DNA of 64,000 nt, from assembly GCA_963706575.1 (NCBI GenBank), contig CAVPNL010000005.1, positions 320,001 through 384,000 of the forward strand. The letters are read 5' to 3'. The notes under the pieces were generated by a model that was not told the DNA's origin, made no database searches, and was given only the letters and a program-made list of their open reading frames with translations. This DNA comes from an uncultured delta proteobacterium (lineage in GTDB: Bacteria; Desulfobacterota; Desulfobacteria; Desulfobacterales; JAHEIW01). Shown here in pieces: positions 21,101-29,464 of this stretch (position 1 is the stretch's first letter; the number at the start of each line of letters is the position of its first letter). The translations under genes and the position numbers were made by a program.

Positions 21101-21575
21101 AGCCACCGGCGTTGTTCCAAATCTTCCTCAGGGCTTGGTGGAAATTTTTGGCGTAACACTTGATCAGGACGGCTTTTTCCAGGAGGCCGAATCCAAGTGG
21201 CGCCCGGTTGACGCCCTGAAAGAGGGCGTTTTTGCCTGCGGTCTGGCCCACTCCCCTCGAAACATACCGGAAGCAATTACCACTGCCGAGGCCGCCGCCG
21301 CAAGAGCCTTGAGAATACTTGCCCGTGAGCGCTTGCGGTCGGGAAAAGTAGTGGCCACTGTCCGTCACAGTCTGTGCAGTCTGTGTGAACAATGCATTGA
21401 TGCATGTCCATACGGTGCTCGCGTGCTGGATCTTGATCATGAAAAGGTACTGGTAAATCCGGCAATGTGCCAGGGGTGTGGGTCCTGTGCGGCAGTCTGC
21501 CCCAACAGCGCATCCGTTTTGGAGGGTTTTCAGGAACAGCAAATGTTTGAGGTAATTGATGCCGCCATTGGATGA
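18171..21575 (+). CDS. hdrA: Tandem (two-FAD-domain) HdrA with an embedded response-regulator receiver domain
   Basis: GAGISG, ferredoxin, REC (~18738-19088), LEFER, QCVGSRD..FCSNICCM; second half GGGIAG, QCVDSR..YCSRVCC, CGLAHSP and ferredoxin. The reading frame is uninterrupted. Confidence 0.9.
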   Translation: MTKKIGKALVVGAGISGIRSALDLAEYGYGVTLIDRSCHIGGILSQLDYQFPTDRCGMCKMLPLVDRDASSQYCLRKGLFHENIDILLGTELVSIDGEPGRFQVQLKEHPNWVNSDLCTGCGECTQVCPVEVPDEFNAGLAKRKAIYLPVPHAIPNTYIIDVTSCNDCRACIEACPTDAIHLPEQKREGFRILVVDDELIVRDSLKEWLQEEGFAVDMAASGSEALDQLTKQEYQLMLLDIKMPGMDGVEVLQKARESFADINVIMMTAYATVETAVEAMKIGALDYLIKPFDPETLIPMVLRIYQDMTAAEGRQLEVGAIVLSGGTAFFDPAGGKNTFGYGMYPNVVTSLEFERILSGTGPFEGRPLRPLDGKPVHKVAWIQCVGSRDLQTDADFCSNICCMVAIKEAVLAKEKIDADLETTLFYMDMRTFGKSFQRYREQAESLHGVRFERGRVHSVIQDEESGDMIIRSVAISGKSTESHFDMVVLTVGQRPAGGTSELGEMLGLELNPWGFGNTIPFSLTRTNRSGILLGGSFAGLKDIGDSVTQASAAALSASQVIHSSGGSLSLESPPALPIAALAREIPRIMAVVCTCGGKLSGFNDPAEIVQHLKTNPVVKQVEFLEHICTADGWAQLAEMVETNKPNRLLIGTCMPYVYQRKLQEFGRQVGIDPALMEVVDVNTELKDKRLLLRNMLSALEMGISKLKWVDPSSTVTIPVAQRALVIGGGIAGMTAALAIADHGFQVDLVEQAEQLGGNLNWLQRTLEGYSIETLLGDTRLLVERHPKIGVHIQSQVISSVGQVGSFLTTLEGPQNSVQALEHGVTILATGGAEAVTVSYGYGTNPSIITQKELEQKLSAGKIEPEQLDSVVMIQCVDSREEPRNYCSRVCCANSLKQALDLKEKNPELSVYILYRDMMAYGFAEAYYTRARKAGVIFIQYQIDEKPRVQCDPASLEVAVFEPILGRPLQIQTDLVVLATGVVPNLPQGLVEIFGVTLDQDGFFQEAESKWRPVDALKEGVFACGLAHSPRNIPEAITTAEAAAARALRILARERLRSGKVVATVRHSLCSLCEQCIDACPYGARVLDLDHEKVLVNPAMCQGCGSCAAVCPNSASVLEGFQEQQMFEVIDAAIG

Positions 21576-21596
21576 ACGGCTTAAAAAAAATTAAAA

Positions 21597-23900
21597 ATGT
21601 TCAAGTTTATCAAAAATATCCGGCGTCGGTTGGCGACCAAGCTCATTTTAACAGTCGGCCTGACCCTGCTCATTACGATTTCTACCTGGGCTTACTTTAA
21701 TATCAATTATCAGGAAAAAAAGCTCATGGAGAATATTGTAGAAGGAACCGATCGGTTAACCAATACCATCAAACTCGGCACGCACTATGCCATGATGCTA
21801 AACTCGCGGGATGATATCAACCAGATCATTAATAATATCGGTAGGCAGAAAGAGATCGAAACCATTCGTATTTATAATAAGGGCGGGAAAATCAAATATT
21901 CCAACCAGCCGACGGAAATTGATACCGCCACCAATATAAAAGATGAAGCTTGTTATATCTGTCACCGGACGGAACCACCGCTGTTTGAACTCAGCCTGGA
22001 AGAAAGAACACGTATCTTTACCTCTGCCAAAGGCTATCGTTTACTTGGAATTATTAGCCCTATTTGTAATGAGCCTGGGTGTGCGACCGATGCCTGTCAT
22101 ATACATCCGAAAGGCAAAAAAATTCTTGGAGCGCTAGATGTGGTGGTCTCTCTGGAAGATGCGGATAAAGAAATCTTCATGACCCAAAAAGAAGCGTTTG
22201 GTTTGGCGGGTGCTATTTTCCTGGTGACATCCACCATTATTTTTCTTTTCCAGTTGCGGTTTGTCAATCAACCGATCCGGAAATTAATCGATGGAACCCG
22301 TACCATCGCAGAGGGGATTCATCCCAGCAGAGTCGACATTGACCAGGACGATGAGATGGGAAAACTTGCGGTTGCCATCAATCAGATGAGTAAAAAAATT
22401 GCCGAAAAACAGGCCGAACTGAATGAACAAAGAGACGAATACCAGACCCTCTTTGAAAGGGCACCCTGCCTGATTACGGTTCAGGATCGAAATTATAAGT
22501 TGCTAAGATATAATCGCGAATTCGCAAAACAGTTTGATCCTCAGCCCGGCGAACATTGCTATCATTCATATAAAGGGCAAGATCAGAAATGTGAAAATTG
22601 CCCGGTTGAACACACATTTGAAGATGGTCAAACCCATTATGGTGAGGAGACCGGGCTTAACAAAGACGGTACCCCGGTTCATTGGATTCTGCGAGCATCT
22701 CCGATTAAAAATGCGAAGGGTGAAATTGTTGCCGCCATCGAGATGAGCCTAGACATTACACAGCGCAAACAGCTTGAGGACAAACTGGAAAAGTCTGAGA
22801 AGAAATATCACGAAATTTTCAACAATATGCCAAACCCCGTTTTTGTATTGGACCTGGCGTCATTGAAGATACTCGACTGCAATGAGAGTGTAAAACCAGT
22901 ATACGGATTTGATAAAGATGAAGTCATTAACAGATCCTTTTTGGATCTCTTCATCGGAAAAGACCGTGATGAATATGCGTCAAAGCTAAAAAACGTTTCC
23001 GTGATCAACCAGGCAAAACAGCAGAACAAAAATGGCAAGACACTTTTTGTGACCATCAGAATTTCGCCTTCGGATTATTCGGGCAATAAGGTGCTTCTCG
23101 TGAGCACCAGCGATATCACCAAACGGCTCGAAACCGAGCAGCAGTTAATCCAGGCCAGCAAGATGGCAACCTTGGGAGAGATGGCCACCGGAGTTGCCCA
23201 CGAGCTCAATCAGCCGCTTTCGGTGATAAAAACCGCCAGCAGTTTTTCCATAAAAAAAATAAATAAAAACGAGCCGATCGAAGCGGAAATCTTGTTCAAA
23301 ATTCTGGCAAAGATAGACAGTAATGTGGATCGAGCGACAAAAATAATTAACCATATGCGGCAATTTGCGCGTAAATCTGAGATGGATTTGGAGAAAGTCC
23401 AGATCAACGACATTCTCGAAAGGGCTTTTGAGATTTTCAGCCAACAGCTTAAGTTAAGAGGGATTGAAGTCATCTGGTCCATCGACAAGAAATTACCGAA
23501 GATCAATGCGGATCCCGGTCGCATGGAGCAGGTGTTTATCAACCTTTTATTGAATGCCAGAGACGCAATTGAGGATAGATGGGGTAATCAAGAGCCGCAA
23601 TCAAGTGAAAAAAAGATTATTCTAAAAACAGTCTGTGATGGGCACAACGTCATCTGCGAGGTCTGTGATACCGGCATAGGGATTTCGGAATCTATTTCAG
23701 ATAAAATATTTGAACCTTTTTTCACGACGAAGGAAGTCGGCATGGGCACGGGGCTGGGGTTATCCATCAGTTATGGGATCGTGAAAGATTGCGGTGGTAG
23801 TATACAGGTCGTTCCCAACAAGCCAGAGGGCGCCTGTTTTGTTTTAAAATTTCCGCTGCAGGATATAAACGATGCAAAAGAAATTACTACTCGTCGATGA
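21597..23900 (+). CDS. Membrane sensor histidine kinase (periplasmic heme-c motifs, HAMP, 2 PAS)
   Basis: Two TMs flank CYICH (21951-21965) and CATDACH (22080-22100); HAMP; PAS with C-x10-C-x2-CP; VAHELNQPL and HATPase boxes. Confidence 0.9.
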   Translation: MFKFIKNIRRRLATKLILTVGLTLLITISTWAYFNINYQEKKLMENIVEGTDRLTNTIKLGTHYAMMLNSRDDINQIINNIGRQKEIETIRIYNKGGKIKYSNQPTEIDTATNIKDEACYICHRTEPPLFELSLEERTRIFTSAKGYRLLGIISPICNEPGCATDACHIHPKGKKILGALDVVVSLEDADKEIFMTQKEAFGLAGAIFLVTSTIIFLFQLRFVNQPIRKLIDGTRTIAEGIHPSRVDIDQDDEMGKLAVAINQMSKKIAEKQAELNEQRDEYQTLFERAPCLITVQDRNYKLLRYNREFAKQFDPQPGEHCYHSYKGQDQKCENCPVEHTFEDGQTHYGEETGLNKDGTPVHWILRASPIKNAKGEIVAAIEMSLDITQRKQLEDKLEKSEKKYHEIFNNMPNPVFVLDLASLKILDCNESVKPVYGFDKDEVINRSFLDLFIGKDRDEYASKLKNVSVINQAKQQNKNGKTLFVTIRISPSDYSGNKVLLVSTSDITKRLETEQQLIQASKMATLGEMATGVAHELNQPLSVIKTASSFSIKKINKNEPIEAEILFKILAKIDSNVDRATKIINHMRQFARKSEMDLEKVQINDILERAFEIFSQQLKLRGIEVIWSIDKKLPKINADPGRMEQVFINLLLNARDAIEDRWGNQEPQSSEKKIILKTVCDGHNVICEVCDTGIGISESISDKIFEPFFTTKEVGMGTGLGLSISYGIVKDCGGSIQVVPNKPEGACFVLKFPLQDINDAKEITTRR

Positions 23901-24993
23901 TGAAAAGGATGTCCGCGAGGTTCTGCTCTTACCCTTGTCGGATTTCGGATACCATATTTTCGAAGCCGAAAATGGAGAGGAAGCTTTGCGCCTTTTTAAG
24001 GAAGTCCAGCCGCCGATCGTTATGACTGATATTAAAATGCCGGGCATTGATGGTATCGAGCTGCTGCGAAAGATAAAACATGAAAATCCGGAGACCGAAG
24101 TCATTATGATCACCGGGCATGGGGATATGGATCTGGCAATTAAAAGTCTTAAATATGAAGCCACAGATTTTATCACGAAACCAATTAACGTCGATGCTCT
24201 GGAAATCGCACTCCAAAGGGCTATGGATCGAATTATTACCCGACAAAAACTACGCGAGTATACCGAAAACCTCGAGCAGCTTATACGCGAGAAAACCGAG
24301 TTGCAGAGCCATTTATCTTCGCTAGGTTTGATGATTGGATCCATATCTCATGGAATAAAAGGCCTGTTGACCGGATTAGATGGCGGTATGTATCTGCTGA
24401 ACTCAGGTTTTTCGAAAAAAAACAAAGACCAGACTGAAGAGGGGTGGGAAATCGTAAAGTCGATGGTCGAACGAATCCGCAAGATGATTATGGATATCCT
24501 TTTTTATGCCAAGGAAAGAGATCTCAAATTGGAGCGCATCGATATCCGAAATTTTGTCGAAGAGGTGGTCAAAGAACTTGAACCAAAAATGAAAAGTCAA
24601 AACATTAAATTCATAAAGAATTTCGATACTGATCTAGGAGAGCTCGAAGTTGACGCAACCTATGTCCATTCTGCCCTGATTAATATCATTGAAAATGCAA
24701 TAGAAGCCTGCAGCCAAGACCAAACAAAAAACTCGCCTGAAATTGTTTTCAGCGTCAAAGCGCACAAAAAAAGCGTCATCTTTGAAATTGCTGATAATGG
24801 CATTGGTATGAATCGTGAAACTCAGGAAAGAATTTTTACACCATTTTTTTCGTCCAAAGGGAGCAAAGGAACCGGACTAGGGCTTTTTGTCTCCAACACC
24901 ATCATCCAGCAGCATGGTGGTGTAATCAATGTGAAATCCACCTCCGGTCAAGGTGCTGTTTTTCAGGTAAAAATTCCGAAACAGGAGGGATAA
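23872..24993 (+). CDS. Hybrid REC-histidine kinase
   Basis: VDDE/TDIKMP/TKP receiver, H-box SISHGIKG, NAIEA, DNGIG, FTPFFSSKG, GTGLGL. Confidence 0.9.
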   Translation: MQKKLLLVDDEKDVREVLLLPLSDFGYHIFEAENGEEALRLFKEVQPPIVMTDIKMPGIDGIELLRKIKHENPETEVIMITGHGDMDLAIKSLKYEATDFITKPINVDALEIALQRAMDRIITRQKLREYTENLEQLIREKTELQSHLSSLGLMIGSISHGIKGLLTGLDGGMYLLNSGFSKKNKDQTEEGWEIVKSMVERIRKMIMDILFYAKERDLKLERIDIRNFVEEVVKELEPKMKSQNIKFIKNFDTDLGELEVDATYVHSALINIIENAIEACSQDQTKNSPEIVFSVKAHKKSVIFEIADNGIGMNRETQERIFTPFFSSKGSKGTGLGLFVSNTIIQQHGGVINVKSTSGQGAVFQVKIPKQEG

Positions 24994-26124
24994 TGAGAAC
25001 TTTCGACGATTTAATTAAAGAAGTGCAAAACCCCGGACTTTGTCATCGTTGTGGTGCTTGTGTCGCCTTTTGTGCAGCCATTAACTACGGGGCTTTAGAG
25101 TTAGATTCAGAAGGGCAACCAAGATATGCGGATAAAGATAGATGTATCAAGGGTGGGCTGTGCTATGTAATCTGCCCGGCGATCGATGAGTTAAAAGAAG
25201 AAACAAAAAGAAAGGTGGATTGGGCCGCGCCCATGGGGCGGGTATCCGATATCCGTATTGCGCGTGCGAAAGACCCGGCTATCCGCAACGCAGCTACGGA
25301 TGGGGGCGTTGTCACCGCGTTACTGGTTTATTTATTTCAAAAGCGTCAGATAGATGCCGCTGTCGTGACAAAGCCTGTCGGGCCATTCAAGCGTGAATCG
25401 TTTTTAGCCGCAACTGAGGAGGATATTCGCAGTTCAGCCGGATCTTTCTTTGATATCTCATATGGCATGAAAAGCTTAAGCGACCATTACTCGACTTATT
25501 CCCAGATAGGCGCATTTCATTCTAATATCAAAAATGGATTTCAACGTGTTGCCTTCGTCGGGACTCCCTGCCAGATACAGGCCATTCGCAAAATGCAAGC
25601 GATCAATATCTTCCCGTCGGATGCCGTCAAGTTATGTTTGGGACTGTTATGTTCGGGAAACTTCATTTTTGGAGAAAAACAACGGCGCCAGGTTGCCCAA
25701 ATTGGCAATTTTCAATGGGAGCGTGTCAAGAAAATTAATATCAAAGAAAAGCTGATGGTGCATTTAAAAGGCGGTGAAGTGAAAACAATTAAGCTAAACG
25801 ATCTTAACTTCATGAAGCGGTTTCCTTGTAATTTCTGTGATGACTTTTCGGCCGAGTATGCCGACATTTCATTTGGCGGGCTGGGTGCAGATGAAGGGTG
25901 GACCACCGTTATTATACGCTCCCCGATAGGAAGGAAATATTTTTCATGGGCTAAGTCCAAAGCAATTGAAGAAAACGAGGAGGGTCGCCATCTGCATCAT
26001 ACCTAGTAAGGCACTCAACAGGGTCAGACATTGGTCGCAGAAGAAGAAAACATTGGCCCTTGAAAGTCGAAAAACGCTGAGTAGTAAATTTCCAGACCTA
26101 AAGCTGGAAGATTGTTCTTTATAA
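24993..26124 (+). CDS. FrhB/FdhB-family (F420 hydrogenase/dehydrogenase beta-like) protein; probable frameshift near 25985
   Basis: CHRCGACVAFC, TDGGVVTALL, FVGTPCQ, GLLCS, CNFCDDFSAEYADISFG. The ORF stops at 26006, but an adjacent frame continues KALNRVRHWSQKKK... to TAA 26124, just before the next RBS. Confidence 0.75.
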
Positions 26125-26131
26125 AGGGAGA

Positions 26132-26410
26132 ATGAAAATGGCGAAGATGCAAAAATACATGGTGGTTCACAGCGATACCACTATTCCGTGGGAAAAAGTT
26201 GAAGAAAATTGGGCAAAACTCACCAATGTCGGAAATGCAATATGGGTGCGAACCTATTTTAATAAAGAAAAAGGCGTGCGATATTGCTTGTGGATAGCTC
26301 CAGACGAAACCGTGTTGAAAACAATCTTTTCTAATCTGGATATTTCCTGGGAGTCTCTGATAGAGGTCGAAAAAACAGATCCAGATCTCTGGGATCAGAA
26401 GAAAGGGTAG
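26132..26410 (+). CDS. Small DUF4242-like protein, paralog 1
   Basis: YMVVH...WVRTYFN..KG.RYCLW.APDE pattern; clearly homologous to 26690-27004. Confidence 0.6.
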   Translation: MKMAKMQKYMVVHSDTTIPWEKVEENWAKLTNVGNAIWVRTYFNKEKGVRYCLWIAPDETVLKTIFSNLDISWESLIEVEKTDPDLWDQKKG

Positions 26411-26689
26411 GAACATTTAGAAGCAGAAGGGTCTGACAACTGTAAAGTCACGTTTTGTTCAGGACACTTTAACTTAATATTTAGGCAGAGATTCAATGAA
26501 GAAACCTCTCAAAATGTGCATATCTTGCTCCTGACAGGAGATAAATCGTTCAGTCTGGAGCCTCTATGCACGTTCAGTATTCGTTGGCCTTACTTTCCTA
26601 TTTCCTCTTGTCAGGAGACACTTTGGTTGTTTCAGGCACGGTGAGATATTGAGATTATTTATTAACATCTCACTTGAGGAGGATCTGTC

Positions 26690-27004
26690 ATGGAAAAAAT
26701 GTTAACATACATGATCGTCCACAATGATCCCAACATTTCATGGGAAAAGGTGGAGGAAAACTGGGGAAAACTCGCAAATGTCGAAACGTGTACATGGGTG
26801 CGGACTTGTTTTAATAAAGATAAGGGGCTGCGCTATTGTGTATGGTTGGCTCCCGATGAGCGTACATTAAAATCGATTTTTACTGATCTTAATATCTCTT
26901 ATGAATCGATAATAGAAGTTGAAGAAACGGTTCCAGATCTGTGGGGCAAGAGATGGGAAGAGCACCTCGCTGCAGAAGAAACGGCTAGCACACGGGGATT
27001 TTAA
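26690..27004 (+). CDS. Small DUF4242-like protein, paralog 2
   Basis: Same pattern as 26132; strong GAGGAGG RBS. Confidence 0.65.
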   Translation: MEKMLTYMIVHNDPNISWEKVEENWGKLANVETCTWVRTCFNKDKGLRYCVWLAPDERTLKSIFTDLNISYESIIEVEETVPDLWGKRWEEHLAAEETASTRGF

Positions 27005-27056
27005 TAAAAATTCCCTAATTTGAATGTTAATTTACATCCTATGTGGTGAGTACTGA

Positions 27057-27090
27057 AGGCAGGGTCAGCAATGGCCCTGCCTATTTTATC
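27057..27090 (+). terminator. Intrinsic terminator ending the Hdr cluster
   Basis: AGGCAGGGTCA-GCAA-TGGCCCTGCCT followed by ATTTT. Confidence 0.75.
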
Positions 27091-27236
27091 TTTAACTTTT
27101 GAGTTGCCATTTATCTGCATAAAAGTAGTCTTTATGAATTGCGGATTATGCCAGCATATCAAAGGTCTGCAGGTCGTCATCCCTTTCCTTCATTTACAAA
27201 AATGCTTGACAACCCATTCGTAAACGCTCAGGGTTA

Positions 27237-27256
27237 TTATGAGCATATGCTTATAA
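27237..27256. promoter_or_regulatory. Palindromic operator, copy 1
   Basis: TTATGAGCATATGCTTATAA, downstream of TTGACA (27206-27211). Confidence 0.7.
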
Positions 27257-27353
27257 TCTAAGAGCCACTATCTCCGCAAATATTGATAATATTAGATACT
27301 TACTCGTGCAAAATTCAGGTAACAACAAATGATCGAGTTTTTGGAGGGATCGC

Positions 27354-27611
27354 ATGCCTTTGTTTGATTATCTCTGTGAGAAATGTGGAAGCGTTAATGA
27401 ACTACTGATGACAGCAACGTCTGATCGACCGCAATGTCATTTCTGTGGCAGTCAAGAACTTAAAAAACTCATTTCGGCCCATTCTTCTGCATCCGGAGGA
27501 TCTCAAATTCGTTTGCCGGCAGCGGGTGACACGGGTTGCTGCGGGTCGCAACCACACCAGGTCGACTGCGAAGGGCCAGGAAGCTGCTGCGGAAAAGTTG
27601 CTAAGCGTTAA
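27354..27611 (+). CDS. FmdB-family zinc-ribbon protein
   Basis: MPLFDYLCEKCG...CHFCGS..LKKLIS plus a Cys-rich tail (GCCG, CEGPGSCCG). Confidence 0.85.
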   Translation: MPLFDYLCEKCGSVNELLMTATSDRPQCHFCGSQELKKLISAHSSASGGSQIRLPAAGDTGCCGSQPHQVDCEGPGSCCGKVAKR

Positions 27612-27644
27612 AAGGCGGGCTATTTTTTATTGTCAGACATATAA

Positions 27645-28070
27645 ATGGAACAGAAAAAATTTGATTTTTGGCAGGATTATTCCCTGCGTTATCTGGAAAT
27701 GGCCTTTCGTACTGACCGCCGAGGAATTGTTAAACATTCGGATGGTTACGGAAAGAGAACCGGTGTCTGCGGTGATAGCGTTGCAATGTATTTGACGATT
27801 CGTGGCGGTCGCATCCAATCGGTGTCATATGAAACCAATGGATGCCTGAGTACCAACGCCTGTGCCAACACGGTTGCTGAATTGATCGAAGGTAAGGATA
27901 TGGGATCGGCCTGGGAGCTAACACCCGAAGATGTGATGAAATACCTGGAAACATTACCCTCGGAAAATGCCCATTGTGCCGAACTTGCGACCGGGGGCCT
28001 TTATCTGGCGCTACAAAATTTTCGGGAATTCAAGCATGATCCGAGAAAGAAGCTGTATGGGGGAAGTTGA
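27645..28070 (+). CDS. IscU/NifU-N-like Fe-S scaffold protein
   Basis: GVCGDSV, GCLSTNAC, HCAELA. Confidence 0.85.
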   Translation: MEQKKFDFWQDYSLRYLEMAFRTDRRGIVKHSDGYGKRTGVCGDSVAMYLTIRGGRIQSVSYETNGCLSTNACANTVAELIEGKDMGSAWELTPEDVMKYLETLPSENAHCAELATGGLYLALQNFREFKHDPRKKLYGGS

Positions 28071-28144
28071 CCGTTTTGCATGTTTGAGTGGGGTGCAAAA
28101 ATTTAGGTGATCGAGGACCATACACGCAAGGTGTCGAATTTAAC

Positions 28145-28180
28145 AAAATAAGGGGTGGTAAATTAGCCACCCCTTATTTT
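28145..28180. terminator. Bidirectional intrinsic terminator
   Basis: AAAATAAGGGGTGG-8 nt-CCACCCCTTATTTT between convergent genes. Confidence 0.85.
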
Positions 28181-28217
28181 CTGGTGTATTCAATCGCTTC
28201 TTACCCCGGCCACCCAC

Positions 28218-28583
28218 TTAAGATTCTTCAGCAGATTTATTTTCCAGGGCATCGATGCGCGCGTTGATTGCATCGAATGACTTTTTTAAGTAATCCGCCT
28301 CGGCTTTCAACATGTCCATTTCATCGGCTGCGTTCGCCGGATACACCGGACCCGCCACGGGTGGGTACCATTCCCATCCGTAACCCCTGCCATAACCGCG
28401 CCGCAGGCCGGCACCGGTATTAAATCCGCCTCTGAAACCGCGTCTCAACCCCAAACCGCGGCCATACCCGTAGCCTCTGGCGTAAGTGGGAATGGTTTCA
28501 GCTCTTGCCGGGTTGCAGCGCCCTTTGGTTCCGCCGGTCATGGGGCCAGCACCCATAGGACCTGTTCGATCAAAACCTGGCAT
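28218..28583 (-). CDS. DUF5320-family Gly/Arg-rich protein
   Basis: MPGFDRTGP.G.GPMTG..GRC, an RG-rich middle and a C-terminal coiled coil; AGGAGG RBS. Confidence 0.8.
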   Translation of the reverse strand: MPGFDRTGPMGAGPMTGGTKGRCNPARAETIPTYARGYGYGRGLGLRRGFRGGFNTGAGLRRGYGRGYGWEWYPPVAGPVYPANAADEMDMLKAEADYLKKSFDAINARIDALENKSAEES

Positions 28584-28739
28584 AGGATCACCTCCTTTCG
28601 CTATCATTATAGCGGTTTTCAAAAAAACGTTCCACTATTCAAACGTTTGTTTCTACAACCACTTATGCCGCATTTCCGCAATTCGGAACATTATTATGAA
28701 AAGCGGTATAATTCGTAAAAGGTTTGATTTATAGATTAT

Positions 28740-28940
28740 TTAAGACCGCTTGCCGCGGCCCTGTCCAGCACTGCTGCCTTCGCCCTGACTTCGGCCGGCA
28801 CCTCTGCCTGATCTCCGGCCGCGGCCTCTGCCGCCCTGTTCCTGCGGTTTGGAAGTTCCGCCATTTCGGCCACATTTCCCCTGGCCTTTTCCCGTTTTAG
28901 GACCCTGGCCCTGCGGACCGGTTCGATCTCCTTGTGGCAT
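28740..28940 (-). CDS. Short DUF5320-like Gly/Arg-rich protein
   Basis: MPQGDRTGPQGQGPKTG.G.GKC; GAGGAGG RBS. Confidence 0.7.
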   Translation of the reverse strand: MPQGDRTGPQGQGPKTGKGQGKCGRNGGTSKPQEQGGRGRGRRSGRGAGRSQGEGSSAGQGRGKRS

Positions 28941-29047
28941 AATTCTAACCTCCTCTTTGAGTAAAGTCATGGATTAATTGTTATTCATTATTTGGTTTAG
29001 CCGATGCTGCATAAGACACAACGGGCTGCAAATTCTTGCCGGCCAGC

Positions 29048-29383
29048 TTATGCGCCGCGCCGCCGCCGTCCTCTTCCGCGGCGCCTGCGGCTTCTAACGC
29101 GGAATTCATATGTTCCGCCCTCGATTTTCAGGGCTTTGCCGGTAACCAGGGCGTCAGCCACGATACTGCGGGCACTGGCGAGAATTCGGCCGTATGTGTG
29201 GCGCGACACCTCCATCATATTGGCGGCTGTTTCCTGATCCAGGTGCTCAAAATCACTCAGCCGGATGGCTTCCAGTTCCTCCACGGACATAAACACCTCT
29301 CCGCTGATGTTCAAGCCATGGGGGACAAAAGCAGCGATGGCGGGATATCCGGATACGAATCTGAGCTTTTTGGGTCGGGGCAT
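29048..29383 (-). CDS. DUF134-family putative DNA-binding protein
   Basis: MPRPKK.R.V, EELEAIRL.D.E.L.QE.AA..M.VSR.T..RIL.SAR..VADALV.GKAL.IEGG. Confidence 0.9.
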   Translation of the reverse strand: MPRPKKLRFVSGYPAIAAFVPHGLNISGEVFMSVEELEAIRLSDFEHLDQETAANMMEVSRHTYGRILASARSIVADALVTGKALKIEGGTYEFRVRSRRRRGRGRRRRGA

Positions 29384-29417
29384 TGGGGCTAATCTCCTAT
29401 TACGCTCATTTGAGCAT

Positions 29418-29446
29418 AATATAATACCTTAAAAAATTAAAGTCAA
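29418..29446 (-). promoter_or_regulatory. Sigma-70 promoter of the DUF134-DUF5320 unit
   Basis: Minus strand TTGACT-17 nt-TATATT. Confidence 0.7.
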
Positions 29447-29448
29447 GA

Positions 29449-29464
29449 GAGAATATGCTCATAA
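29449..29464. promoter_or_regulatory. Palindromic operator, copy 2
   Basis: GAGAATATGCTCATAA, directly upstream of the -35 box. Confidence 0.65.

Noticed and set aside
13000..21575. Selenocysteine forms of HdrA/MvhD given the nearby selD
   Set aside because: All these frames are open with Cys codons; no in-frame TGA.
26408..26410. Pyrrolysine readthrough of TAG
   Set aside because: The position aligns to Glu, no pyl or methylamine methyltransferase genes are in the window, and homology fades after about six codons.
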